Source: an uncultured virus (IMG/VR IMGVR_UViG_3300044655_000391)
Taxonomy: Duplodnaviria; Heunggongvirae; Uroviricota; Caudoviricetes
Reading direction: 5' to 3' (one strand)
DNA length: 64,000 nt
Virus record (IMG/VR): IMGVR_UViG_3300044655_000391
Part shown: positions 46,854-56,587 of the stretch, piece after piece
Numbering within the stretch: position 1 is the first letter of the stretch
How the letters are laid out: the number at the start of each line of letters is the position of its first letter
Translations under genes and position numbers: made by a program
The notes under the pieces: generated by a model
The model's database searches: none
What the model saw: the letters and a program-made list of their open reading frames with translations, nothing else
Told to the model about the DNA's origin: nothing

Positions 46854-47660
46854 ATGACAAACGCAGTCAATCTATCAGCACTAGGTTCTAACGGAGGAAC
46901 ATCAGTTTCTACGTGGACTACAGGAACTCGTCCAGCTTCGCCTTTAACTGGTCAAACAGGATATAATACAACTTTAAGTACACTAGAAGTTTATAACGGA
47001 AGTGCTTGGGCACAGGTAACTAATAGTACACCACAAGTAACTGTCTATACATCAGGTTCAGGAACATATACTGTACCTACAGGAGCTAAATACCTGTATG
47101 TAAAAATGGTTGGAGGCGGATGTGGTGGGGGTGGTGGTGGTGGTAATGGATCTAATGGTGCTGCTGTGGCACCAGGTTCAGGTGGTAATACTACTTTTGG
47201 TACATCATTATTAACTGCAACTGGATCAACAAGAAGTACTACTGGCGGTGGTGGAACTCCAGGTACTGCAACAGTTAGTAGCCCAGCAACATCAGTTGTT
47301 GCATTATCAGGTTCACAAGGTTGTGAGTGGCAGTATAACTATGGTGTTGCTACTCCAGTAGTAGGTGCGCCTGGTCAAAACTCACCATTTGGTGGAGCAG
47401 GTGCTGTAGTTGGTGGAGTAGCCTTATCTAATACTGGTTCAGGTGGCGGTGGCGGTTTTGTAAATAATACTGCTGGTAGATTTGGAGGTTCAGGAGGTTC
47501 ATCAGGTGGATATATTGAAGCTATTATAACCTCTCCTTCTGCAACATATTCTTATGCTGTAGGTTCAGGGGGAACTGGTGGTACTGCTGCAGATGGTAAT
47601 GGAACTAATGGCGGTGCTGGCGGTTCTGGCGTAATATACATTACTGCTTATTTTGGTTAA
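46854..47660 (+). CDS. Gly-rich tail fibre protein
   Basis: YTVPTGAK...GGGGG...GGSGVIYI. Confidence 0.7.
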   Translation: MTNAVNLSALGSNGGTSVSTWTTGTRPASPLTGQTGYNTTLSTLEVYNGSAWAQVTNSTPQVTVYTSGSGTYTVPTGAKYLYVKMVGGGCGGGGGGGNGSNGAAVAPGSGGNTTFGTSLLTATGSTRSTTGGGGTPGTATVSSPATSVVALSGSQGCEWQYNYGVATPVVGAPGQNSPFGGAGAVVGGVALSNTGSGGGGGFVNNTAGRFGGSGGSSGGYIEAIITSPSATYSYAVGSGGTGGTAADGNGTNGGAGGSGVIYITAYFG

Positions 47661-47669
47661 AAGGATACT

Positions 47670-47882
47670 ATGAATTTAATTAGACATTGCATAATAGACA
47701 CAAACACAAATTTAGTCGTAAACATTATTGACTACGAAACAGAACAAACAGGTGTACCACCTGGTTTAGAAGAACATTTACTTTGTGTAAAGTCAGATAC
47801 AGGTCAAATTGGTGGAACTTACGAAAATGGTGTAATAACTAATCCACCACAACCTGAACCAATTATTCCAGGAGTAGTATAA
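47670..47882 (+). CDS. Small tail-fibre partner protein
   Basis: Follows fibre gene; VVNII...IGGTY pattern. Confidence 0.6.
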   Translation: MNLIRHCIIDTNTNLVVNIIDYETEQTGVPPGLEEHLLCVKSDTGQIGGTYENGVITNPPQPEPIIPGVV

Positions 47883-49069
47883 TGCCATTAACACAGGTAC
47901 CACCAGCGCTTTTAACTTCCACTACAGGAACAGGATCAACTGTAGTTTTAAGTGCGTCTCCTTCATTTACAGGAACAGTAACAACTCCTGGTGTAACCTT
48001 TTCAGATGCAAGTTCTCAGACTGCTGCAGCGTCACCTTATGTGCTAAAGAACCGTATTATAAATGGTGATATGAGGATTGACCAAAGAAATGCTGGTGCT
48101 GCAACTGCAAACACAATTAGTGGGTATACATTAGATAGATGGCAAGTGATTCAATCTGTAACAGGAAAATTGATAGCACAACAAAATGCTGCGGCAGTTA
48201 CTCCCCCAACAGGATTTACAAATTATTTAGGTGTTACATCTCAATCAAGTTATTCAATTTTGACTGGTGATTACTATGCAATTCTTCAACCAATAGAAGG
48301 ATACAACATAGCTGATTTAGACTTTGGTAAAGCTACTGCCAAAACAGTTACTTTAAGTTTTTGGGTAAGAAGTTCATTAACAGGAACATTTAGTGGTTCT
48401 TTAAGAAATAGTGCAGCAGATAGAAGTTTTCCATTTACTTATACAATCTCTGTAGCAAATACTTGGGAACTAAAGTCTGTAACAATTGCTGGCGATACAT
48501 CAGGCACTTGGCTAACAACTAATGGAATTGGTCTATATATATGGTTTAGTTTAGGAACTGGTTCTACATATTCTGGAACTGCTGGTGCTTGGGCTGCAAC
48601 AAACTATGTATCAGCCACAGGTGCAACTTCAGTAGTAGGCACTAACGGAGCTACCTTCTACATCACAGGTGTCCAACTAGAACAAAACACATCAGCAACA
48701 CCTTTTGAACGCAGACTTTATGGTCAGGAATTGGCTAATTGTCAGAGGTATTATTATACAATTGGTGGAAATAACTCATTTGAAACATTTGCTACTGGTG
48801 TCATTCAAGCATCCAATAATGCAGAGTTTATATTAAATATGCCTGTTACTATGCGAGGTTTGCCTACAGCGACTATCGGTGGAACTGCTGGAAATTTTAT
48901 TGTTAATAATAATTCTTCGTTTACTCCATCTGTAATCAGTTTTGATATTTACGCTTTAAATACTTTGAGGATTTCAGCAACAATATCTGGAGCAACGGCT
49001 GGTAATGGAACATATTTGAGAGCAAACAACACTCTTTCGGCAAAAATTAATGTATCTGCGGAGTTATAA
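47882..49069 (+). CDS. Tail fibre / receptor-binding protein (paralog B)
   Basis: Same motifs as 45223-46320. Confidence 0.8.
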   Translation: MPLTQVPPALLTSTTGTGSTVVLSASPSFTGTVTTPGVTFSDASSQTAAASPYVLKNRIINGDMRIDQRNAGAATANTISGYTLDRWQVIQSVTGKLIAQQNAAAVTPPTGFTNYLGVTSQSSYSILTGDYYAILQPIEGYNIADLDFGKATAKTVTLSFWVRSSLTGTFSGSLRNSAADRSFPFTYTISVANTWELKSVTIAGDTSGTWLTTNGIGLYIWFSLGTGSTYSGTAGAWAATNYVSATGATSVVGTNGATFYITGVQLEQNTSATPFERRLYGQELANCQRYYYTIGGNNSFETFATGVIQASNNAEFILNMPVTMRGLPTATIGGTAGNFIVNNNSSFTPSVISFDIYALNTLRISATISGATAGNGTYLRANNTLSAKINVSAEL

Positions 49070-49071
49070 TT

Positions 49072-49233
49072 ATGTATAAACTATACAAAAGTAGAGAAGG
49101 AATGGTTCAAGTTGTTATTCGCCTATCAGATAACGCTTTCATCCCATTTGACCCAGCCAACACAGACTACCAAGCCTACCTTAAATGGCTTTCAGAATCT
49201 CCTGATAATAAACCATTGCCAGCAGATGAATAA
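49072..49233 (+). CDS. Tail-fibre assembly chaperone (paralog B)
   Basis: Manual translation ...IPFDPANTDYQAYLKWL...NKPLPADE. Confidence 0.75.
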   Translation: MYKLYKSREGMVQVVIRLSDNAFIPFDPANTDYQAYLKWLSESPDNKPLPADE

Positions 49234-49696
49234 TACTGTTTGCGTATATTGGATTAGACATAAAGACCATACTGATATATTTAATCAGGGTTATGTTGGA
49301 ATATCTAATAATTTTAAAATAAGATTAAGAGATCATAAAAGCAAACCTACTAATTTACATATGAAAAATTCAATTAACAAGTATGGATGGGTAAACTTAA
49401 TCAAAGAAAAAATATTAATTGCTACACAAGAATATTGTGTAATGATTGAAAAACAATTAAGACCTAATGATTTTATTGGTTGGAATCAAGCTGCTGGTGG
49501 TGGAGTTCCGCCAAAATCTAAAAAAGGTATGGGTAAAGGTAGAAAATTATCAGAAGAAACTAAACTAAAAATTAGCTTAGGTGGAAAAGGAAGAAAATTT
49601 AGCATGGAAGCAAGACAAAAGATTAGACAAGCAGCTATTGCACAATGGGCTAGATATCGTGCTAATGGCAATAAACATTTACCTGCGGACGAATAA
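49226..49696 (+). CDS. GIY-YIG homing endonuclease with NUMOD3-like repeats
   Basis: VYW...YVG...R..H, E, WN; GRKLSEETKLKIS and GRKFSMEARQKI. Confidence 0.85.
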   Translation: MNNTVCVYWIRHKDHTDIFNQGYVGISNNFKIRLRDHKSKPTNLHMKNSINKYGWVNLIKEKILIATQEYCVMIEKQLRPNDFIGWNQAAGGGVPPKSKKGMGKGRKLSEETKLKISLGGKGRKFSMEARQKIRQAAIAQWARYRANGNKHLPADE

Positions 49697-50595
49697 TGTT
49701 CGGGTACGCTGCCTTTGCTCAACCTACATTTGCTGGACTAGGCGGTAATTCGTTCGTACTATCTTTAACTGAAGATATTATTATGGCTGACGCAAGTAGC
49801 CAAGTCTTTGTATTTAATGAAGCCGTCTTTGAAAATGTTGTGATGGATGATATTGATGCTACAACAGGTGATTTCTTCGGGCTTATTAATGAATTTGTAG
49901 CAATGAACGATACTAATGCTGTTACAGCTCAGTTTGCATCAAGCATTACAGAAAATTCAGTATTAGCCGATACACCTACAATAGCAGCACAGTTCGCTGT
50001 AAGCAAGGCAGAGAATGTAGTTATGGACGATGTAAGAGATGTTTATTTTGCAGCGTTACAAGAGCGTGTTGAGCCATTTACGATGGCTGATATTGTTTCT
50101 ATCGCTGCACAGTTTATAGCTAGTTTGAATGAAAACAGTGATCTTGCAGATACACCAAGTATCACAGCTCAGTTTGCACAAAGTGTGACTGAAAACATGA
50201 CAATGGCAGATGCAGCTACGGTATTAGCTGATTTTGTAGCATCAAGAACTGAAGATGTTACCATGGAAGATATTGAAACCATTATCTCAATATTCTTATT
50301 TACAATTACAGAGAATCTTGATTCAGCAGATGCAAACTCTGTTATTACGAATTACCTTGTATCTTTAGATGAAAACGTTAATTTAGCTGATACTTCTAGT
50401 GTAACAGCTCAGTTCCAGGCTTCTATTATTGAAACATTTGCACTATTAGATTCCCAATTCCCTCGTGGATGGTTTAAAATAAACGATGACCAAGCTGTTA
50501 CATGGGCAGCAATAAACAATGATAATTCAGTATCTTGGACTGAAATTAATAACAATGTACCTACTTCATGGACAGATATAAATAATACTCAATAA
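49696..50595 (+). CDS. Acidic repeat-containing virion protein
   Basis: ~21-aa repeats A(Q)F..S.TEN....D. Confidence 0.65.
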   Translation: MFGYAAFAQPTFAGLGGNSFVLSLTEDIIMADASSQVFVFNEAVFENVVMDDIDATTGDFFGLINEFVAMNDTNAVTAQFASSITENSVLADTPTIAAQFAVSKAENVVMDDVRDVYFAALQERVEPFTMADIVSIAAQFIASLNENSDLADTPSITAQFAQSVTENMTMADAATVLADFVASRTEDVTMEDIETIISIFLFTITENLDSADANSVITNYLVSLDENVNLADTSSVTAQFQASIIETFALLDSQFPRGWFKINDDQAVTWAAINNDNSVSWTEINNNVPTSWTDINNTQ

Positions 50596-50604
50596 GGACA
50601 TATC

Positions 50605-51615
50605 ATGGCAAGCACCTATTCAAGTTCGTTAAAACTTACCCTCATTGGAGATGGTGAGCAGGCTGGTACCTGGGGATCAACTACCAATAATAATTTAAAC
50701 TTAGTAGAACAAGCCGTTACAGGCGTAGATGGTATTGATCTTACTGGCCTTACAACTTATACACTATCTAGTTTTAATGGAACTACAGATGAATCCAGAA
50801 ATGCCGTATTGTTATTTACAGGCACCCCAGCATCTACAGTTACAATTACAGCTCCATTGCAAAACAAATTTTATATTATTAAGAACGGAACTGGACAAAC
50901 AGTAACAATGTCAGCTTCTGGAGGAGCTATATCTTTATCAGTTCCATCTGGAGTTACTGCACAATGTTATTGTGATTCAACTAATCAATCTGGTACAGGT
51001 ACTGGATTCTACTCTGCACAAACAGGATCTGCTGGTAACTTTACAGTTAATGGTAATTTATCTGTTACTGGAGCCCAGGTTAACACAGGAAACTTTTTAG
51101 CTGCTGGTGTTTTAGGTGCTTATACTGCATCATCATTTACAGGCGGTATTAGCAATGGCTCTGGTGCTGCAGGTACAGTTCTTAACGTCACAGCGGTAGC
51201 AAGTGGCACAATATTTATTGGCCAAAGAGTTACTGGCTCTGGTGTATCATCTGGCACGCTTGTCACTGGATTTGGAACAGGATCTGGTGGTGCTGGTACT
51301 TACACAGTCAACACATCTCAATTAGTAGGTGCTGGCACAACACTAACTGGTGCAGCAAGTGCAGTTGCAACAACACCAGCAACTGGGGATAACTCAGTTA
51401 ATGTTGCTACAACTGCTTTTGTTCAATCAACTGTAGGCAATTTAGGAACTATGGCATCTCAAAATGCTAATGCTGTAGCAATCACAGGTGGTACATTATC
51501 TGGCGTTACAGTTGGAGGAGCAACCATTGGCACAAATGCTACAGGTGTAAAAACAGTTTCAACAAGCACTCCAACAGGAGGATCAGATGGAGATATCTGG
51601 TACCAAGTGGTCTAA
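50605..51615 (+). CDS. Tail/baseplate structural protein
   Basis: MASTYSS.LKL....[14 protein letters not shown]-terminal GDIWY. Confidence 0.7.
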   Translation: MASTYSSSLKLTLIGDGEQAGTWGSTTNNNLNLVEQAVTGVDGIDLTGLTTYTLSSFNGTTDESRNAVLLFTGTPASTVTITAPLQNKFYIIKNGTGQTVTMSASGGAISLSVPSGVTAQCYCDSTNQSGTGTGFYSAQTGSAGNFTVNGNLSVTGAQVNTGNFLAAGVLGAYTASSFTGGISNGSGAAGTVLNVTAVASGTIFIGQRVTGSGVSSGTLVTGFGTGSGGAGTYTVNTSQLVGAGTTLTGAASAVATTPATGDNSVNVATTAFVQSTVGNLGTMASQNANAVAITGGTLSGVTVGGATIGTNATGVKTVSTSTPTGGSDGDIWYQVV

Positions 51616-51617
51616 CC

Positions 51618-53411
51618 ATGCCATTTTTATATGTAAAATCAGGTGGTGTTTGGAAAACAGTACAACGTTTATACGTTAAACAATCAGGCACATGGAAAGA
51701 TGTAGCTGTAGGACTTGTTACGCAAAGCGGTATTGGAAAACAATTTTATCCAGACTCAGTAGGCCCTACAACCTATACAAGTCCAGGCACTTATTCATAT
51801 ACCGTACCTGCTGGTGTATTTTCTCTTGCTGTTGATTTAATAGGTGGCGGAGGTGGTGGATCAGGCGGTGCTTCTAAACCTGACGGTAATGCTAATTACC
51901 AATGGGCTGGTGGAGGTGGTGGAGGTGGTGCTGGTGGCCGTGTAACTTCAACCGTAGCCGTTACTCCTGGACAGGTTTTATCTGTAACTGTGGGCTCAGG
52001 TGGCGCTGGTAGTGGTGGCACTAGTGGTAGTAATTCTTCTAATGGTTCAGCTGGTACAGCTACAACAGGATTTTCTTTAACTGCTAATGGTGGCAATGGT
52101 GGCATAGGAGCTAGAGCATACTGCTGCGGTGGTGATCCAGGCCCTAGTTTTGGTGCAGGCGGCACAGGTGGTACAGGAGCTACGTCTAACGGAGGAACTG
52201 GAGGAAATGGTGCTAGAGGAGGTTCTGGACCAAGTGGCGGAGTTCATGTAAGCCCATCTCCTGCAGCAACAGGTACAGGTGCAGGCTCTGCTGGTACCGA
52301 TGGTGGAGCAGGCGATTGCGCTGGTGGTGGTGGTGGTGGTTCAGGCATTGCATCATCTGGAGGTACTGGAGGTAATGCAGGAACTAGTTCAGGTGCTGCT
52401 GGAATCACAGGTGGTGGAGGTGGTGGTGGCGGAGCTGCTCAATCTGGAGCCACAGGAGGCGCAGGTGGTGCTGGTGGAAATGGATATATTAAAGTTACAC
52501 CCATTAATGCTAATGTGGTTACTTTTTCATCAAGTTCAACATGGACCGCTCCGACAGGCGTTACATCAGTTAACTTAACTGTAGCTGGCGGTGGTGGTGG
52601 ACAAGGCGGTAATTTTTTAAATACAAGTAGAACTACTTACAATGGCGCTGCTGGTACAGGCGGTCAAGTTGTAACAGGTACTGTTTCTGTTGTTCCAGGT
52701 CAAACATATACAGTTACTGTAGGCTCTGGTGGCGGATTTGGGGCAAACAGTTTTTATACCGCTGCTGGGGGTAGTGGTGGTACAGGTTATGCAAGTGGTA
52801 GTGCAGGCACTGCAAGTGGCAATGGCTCAGGTGGTGGTGGTGGTGGTTCATCCGCATTCTTATTAGGTGGAACTGTATTGGCTGCTGCTGCTGGAGCTGC
52901 TGGTGGTGCTGGCTCTGTTGGTGGTAGTGGTGGGGCTGCGGGAGCTGGAGGTGGATCTAATGTTATTCCAGCTGGAGGATCTTCATCTACAGGATCAAAT
53001 GGTGGAGCAGCATCAAGTATAACAGCATCTTATAGTGGTAGCTATAGTCAAGGGTCAGGAACTGGTCAACTTGAGGCAATACGTACTACATTAATATCTA
53101 CTTACCCATTTTTATATAATTCTATAGGCGGCAGTGTATTTTACGATGGTAGTCAATTTGTTTTCCAATTAACACTAGCAGCAGGTACTGGACTAGTTGC
53201 ATCTAACCCAGAACGAGGTTCTAGAGTATACTCTGCATATTCAACTCAATATTCAGCACTAAATGCGGGTGGTTTTTTTGTTGGAAATACTGTGTCAGGT
53301 ATTAACTTTGCAACGACAAATACACAAGGTAATGGCGGCCAATCATTTTGGTTCTTTACAGGATTTACTTATAATAGTGGAGGTAATGGATACGTAACTA
53401 TTTCGTATTAA
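51618..53411 (+). CDS. Very Gly-rich tail fibre with two Gly-rich domains
   Basis: YVKSGGVWK N-terminus; duplicated YTVP/WTAP...VTPGQ/VVPGQ units. Confidence 0.7.
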   Translation: MPFLYVKSGGVWKTVQRLYVKQSGTWKDVAVGLVTQSGIGKQFYPDSVGPTTYTSPGTYSYTVPAGVFSLAVDLIGGGGGGSGGASKPDGNANYQWAGGGGGGGAGGRVTSTVAVTPGQVLSVTVGSGGAGSGGTSGSNSSNGSAGTATTGFSLTANGGNGGIGARAYCCGGDPGPSFGAGGTGGTGATSNGGTGGNGARGGSGPSGGVHVSPSPAATGTGAGSAGTDGGAGDCAGGGGGGSGIASSGGTGGNAGTSSGAAGITGGGGGGGGAAQSGATGGAGGAGGNGYIKVTPINANVVTFSSSSTWTAPTGVTSVNLTVAGGGGGQGGNFLNTSRTTYNGAAGTGGQVVTGTVSVVPGQTYTVTVGSGGGFGANSFYTAAGGSGGTGYASGSAGTASGNGSGGGGGGSSAFLLGGTVLAAAAGAAGGAGSVGGSGGAAGAGGGSNVIPAGGSSSTGSNGGAASSITASYSGSYSQGSGTGQLEAIRTTLISTYPFLYNSIGGSVFYDGSQFVFQLTLAAGTGLVASNPERGSRVYSAYSTQYSALNAGGFFVGNTVSGINFATTNTQGNGGQSFWFFTGFTYNSGGNGYVTISY

Positions 53412-53417
53412 AATATT

Positions 53418-53933
53418 ATGGATTATATATTATTTAAAGACGCTTTAACTCCTTCAGAGTGCCAAAGTTTTTTAGAGTTTGGTGAAAGCCAATACTCATC
53501 ATTAAAAGAAGATCAGTTATATCCTAACAGAGGATATCCAGGCTTTACTTTGAAAAATTCAAAGCATGTGCTTGATAAGCTAGCTACATTTATTACTCAA
53601 TCAGAATTTAATATTAATTACGACTATAGCTTTGGTACGGGTGTTAATTTTATTAATGCACAAGATGGTGAAAAAATAGAATTACATATAGACAGACCAT
53701 TGTATGAAATGGATCAGAATTACAACATTAAACCAGAGTTTGAAAATAGAGTTTGTGCTGTTACAGTTTTAGCAGCTATTAGCGGTAATAACGTTATGTA
53801 TATTGAAGAAACTGGCGTACTTATGTATCCAGGTGATGTGATCGTATTAAAAGGATTTACACCACATAAAATGAAAACTGTTATATCAGATACCTTTTAT
53901 TTATTAAGTGCTTTTTATTGTAGTGATAACTAA
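53418..53933 (+). CDS. 2OG-Fe(II) oxygenase-like protein
   Basis: LHID (HxD), PGDVIV, PH; follows fibre genes. Confidence 0.55.
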   Translation: MDYILFKDALTPSECQSFLEFGESQYSSLKEDQLYPNRGYPGFTLKNSKHVLDKLATFITQSEFNINYDYSFGTGVNFINAQDGEKIELHIDRPLYEMDQNYNIKPEFENRVCAVTVLAAISGNNVMYIEETGVLMYPGDVIVLKGFTPHKMKTVISDTFYLLSAFYCSDN

Positions 53934-53934
53934 T

Positions 53935-54402
53935 ATGAAAATTTTAATTGGCGTTTTAATTACACTTTGTTTACTTGTTTGCGTACATCAAGCGCACGCA
54001 GAAACTACGACAATCAATCAAAAAGGAATGCCAGTGCCTAGTGCTATGGCACCTAGTATGTCTGCATTCTCACAAGATGTTTGTGCTGTTCCTATTAGTG
54101 CAGCGGGTAATTTAGGTTTTATCTCTCTATCAGGTGGTACTGTTTTGCTAGATGAGAACTGCGTAAAGATTAAGTTAGCTAAAACATTAAATGACTTAGG
54201 TCTTAAAGTAGCTGCTGTGTCAGTCTTATGTCAAGATCCTAAAGTATGGGATGCTATGGAGATGAGCGGTAGCCCTTGCCCTATGGGTGGGTCTGTAGGT
54301 GCTGCTGCTAAGAAAGCTTGGTATGAAACAAATCCTGAGAGGTTTAAAAAATTATATGGCCAGAATTACACTCTTCCTACTTCTTCTAATACTAAGGAGT
54401 AA
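53935..54402 (+). CDS. Secreted Cys-containing protein
   Basis: Signal peptide ending AHA; SAMAPS...DVC...DENC. Confidence 0.7.
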   Translation: MKILIGVLITLCLLVCVHQAHAETTTINQKGMPVPSAMAPSMSAFSQDVCAVPISAAGNLGFISLSGGTVLLDENCVKIKLAKTLNDLGLKVAAVSVLCQDPKVWDAMEMSGSPCPMGGSVGAAAKKAWYETNPERFKKLYGQNYTLPTSSNTKE

Positions 54403-55390
54403 TGCATATGCTTGGTCATGTTCTTTTGCAAATACAGAAGAAGGTTGGTATCTTCAAGGATCAATGCAGTGCCAAGGTATTGCAACTGAAATTGCTTTGG
54501 AGCAACATTATTGTGGATGGTATAGACCGAATGACCCTTATTGTAGCGTATATCAAGTACCAGTTTGTAGCCCTCAAGTTGAGTATCAAACCTTATCTTG
54601 CCCAGTTCACCAATCAGGTGCTATTAATCAAAGTAGGAATTATGAATGCACTTCACAATCTTGGACAGGTTGGACAACAACTTCTAACAACTGCACGCCA
54701 GATCCTCCAACGTGCATTGAATCTACTGAAACGAGAACACTAACATGTCAAGCTGGATTCGAAGGATTATCTCAAGAGCAAAGAATTTCAATCTGCTCGG
54801 ATCCGTATGGATCTCCAACTTGGACAACTTGGTCGGAAATATACAATACTTGCAAAATGACGGCAACGAATGTAAACAATCCAACATCTCCAATCAGTCC
54901 TATAAGTCCAATGAATCCAACCAGTGTGTTGAATCAACAGATCGCACCAGCAATATCTGTGGAAACTGTAACGGTACAAGACCTAACTGCTACTGTACCT
55001 ACAATATCAAAAGACGTACAAGGTACTACGATGACATCGGCTACAGGGGCGGTATCAACCAGCTTGACAACGACCTCATCAGCATCCAGCTCAGCGGAGA
55101 AGAAAGACTCATCAAAGGAAACATCACTTCCTAAAGGCAAAGAAATTGTGCCAGGATTTGGCATAGTAATGAGTATGCAGATTATTAATGCTTCATACAG
55201 CATGCAACAGCAACAAATAGAAGAATATATTAAATTAGAACAGGAAAATGAATATGGACGAATTCAAGAGTTTACTCTCTCACTTCTCTCCGAAACAAAT
55301 GTTGGTGATCGGTTCGATTCTCTTAACCGCAATCGGTGGGCCAATCTATTACGGAATAACCCTCTTCAACGACTTGCAGAGTACGATTGA
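54356..55390 (+). CDS. Secreted Cys-rich repeat protein with Ser/Thr-rich linker
   Basis: Signal peptide ending AYA; repeats (Q/R)TL.C...G...Q.R..C...WT.W...N.C. Confidence 0.65.
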   Translation: MARITLFLLLLILRSNAYAWSCSFANTEEGWYLQGSMQCQGIATEIALEQHYCGWYRPNDPYCSVYQVPVCSPQVEYQTLSCPVHQSGAINQSRNYECTSQSWTGWTTTSNNCTPDPPTCIESTETRTLTCQAGFEGLSQEQRISICSDPYGSPTWTTWSEIYNTCKMTATNVNNPTSPISPISPMNPTSVLNQQIAPAISVETVTVQDLTATVPTISKDVQGTTMTSATGAVSTSLTTTSSASSSAEKKDSSKETSLPKGKEIVPGFGIVMSMQIINASYSMQQQQIEEYIKLEQENEYGRIQEFTLSLLSETNVGDRFDSLNRNRWANLLRNNPLQRLAEYD

Positions 55391-55649
55391 CGAAGTAAAG
55401 AAGATGAGTAATGTAGAAACACGCATTACTGTATTAGAAGATAGATCTAAATCTACTGAGCGTCAATTGGTAGATGTAATGATGTCTAATAACCGTGCTT
55501 TAGAAAAAGCAAATGAAGCTTATGGTAAAGCGATTGAAGCAAGCAGTGTAGCTAGATCGTCTCAAGACAAGATAACTGACACTGTAACTAATGTAAAAGA
55601 AGATATGAAAGCCCTTAAAAAGGCCGTCACCAACCCACTAGGAAATTAA
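55248..55649 (+). CDS. TM-anchored coiled-coil protein (spanin/lysis-associated candidate)
   Basis: N-terminal TM plus coiled-coil, ends NPLGN; upstream of holin. Confidence 0.6.
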   Translation: MNMDEFKSLLSHFSPKQMLVIGSILLTAIGGPIYYGITLFNDLQSTIDEVKKMSNVETRITVLEDRSKSTERQLVDVMMSNNRALEKANEAYGKAIEASSVARSSQDKITDTVTNVKEDMKALKKAVTNPLGN

Positions 55650-55651
55650 AT

Positions 55652-56137
55652 ATGCTATCCATCCTCTCCTCGATTCTCGGCTTCGCTACTGCGGGGCTAC
55701 CAAACATTTTAGGTTTCTTTCAACAACGTGGCGATCAAAAGCATGAGCGTGAAATGGCTCAATTACAAAATGCCCAAGCAATGGCTATGGCAGAAAAAGG
55801 TTTTGTAGCTCAAGAAAAAATAGCAGCTATAGAATTAGAAGGTACATATGCAGAAACATACGCTCAAGAACGTGTAGCTTTATATGACCACGATAAGAAA
55901 TTAGTAGAAGGTGGTTCTCAAACAGTTAAGAATTGGAATGCTATGGTAAGACCTGTAGTAGCATTTATCTTTGTAGGTGAACTAGTGCTTATTAATTTTG
56001 TATCATTAGCGTGGGCTATGTATTCTGGCGTTGACTTTATTGTAGCTTCACAAGAAGTATTTTCAACAGATGAAATGGCTATCGTAGCATCAATTATTGG
56101 TTTCTACTTTGGTTCAAGAACTTGGGAAAAGAAATAA
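55652..56137 (+). CDS. Holin (GTA 3TM holin-like)
   Basis: VRPVV...IIGFYFGSR; hydrophobic segments; upstream of lysozyme. Confidence 0.75.
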   Translation: MLSILSSILGFATAGLPNILGFFQQRGDQKHEREMAQLQNAQAMAMAEKGFVAQEKIAAIELEGTYAETYAQERVALYDHDKKLVEGGSQTVKNWNAMVRPVVAFIFVGELVLINFVSLAWAMYSGVDFIVASQEVFSTDEMAIVASIIGFYFGSRTWEKK

Positions 56138-56587
56138 GTGAAGGTATCAGAACGTGCTATCAAACTTATTAAACATCATGAAGGTGTGCGTAATCGTCCC
56201 TACCGTTGCCCTGCAAACCTGTATACTGTGGGTGTTGGTCATCTTATCGGGGATGGCAAATCATTGCCTGAATCTTGGAACAGAACTTTTACGGAAGCTG
56301 AAATAGATGGAATTCTTAAATCAGATCTCAGACGCTTCGAGCTTGGAGTACATAAGATGCTACCTAACGTGCCTCTTAGACAACATGAATTTGACGCCAT
56401 TATTAGTTTTTGCTTCAATTTGGGCCTTGGATGCTTTCAAAGATCAACACTCCGTCAAGCGTTGCTTCGTGGCGATAAAAAGGCGGCTATGGAATCGTTA
56501 GTGAAGTATTGTCGTGCAGGTGGTAAAATACTACGAGGTTTACAAATCCGTAGATTAGATGAAAAAGCACTCTTTGAAGGTAAATAA
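56138..56587 (+). CDS. Endolysin, GH24 phage lysozyme
   Basis: HEG...Y.CPA...TVGVGH, FDA..SF.FNLG, GL..RR..E. Confidence 0.92.
   Translation: MKVSERAIKLIKHHEGVRNRPYRCPANLYTVGVGHLIGDGKSLPESWNRTFTEAEIDGILKSDLRRFELGVHKMLPNVPLRQHEFDAIISFCFNLGLGCFQRSTLRQALLRGDKKAAMESLVKYCRAGGKILRGLQIRRLDEKALFEGK

Noticed and set aside
45223..49069. Possible diversity-generating retroelement TR/VR pair or invertible shufflon
   Set aside because: No reverse transcriptase or invertase in the window; differences between paralogs are not adenine-specific and both copies are intact genes in the same orientation
49112..49225. 5' extension of the GIY-YIG ORF from TTG 49112
   Set aside because: Overlaps the chaperone gene in another frame; ATG 49226 is the credible start
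51840..52980. GGT/GGC-rich repeats as DNA-level repeat elements
   Set aside because: Explained by poly-Gly coding in a tail fibre
55300..55330. GGTTCGATTC, T-loop-like tRNA motif
   Set aside because: Inside coding sequence with no cloverleaf or acceptor stem
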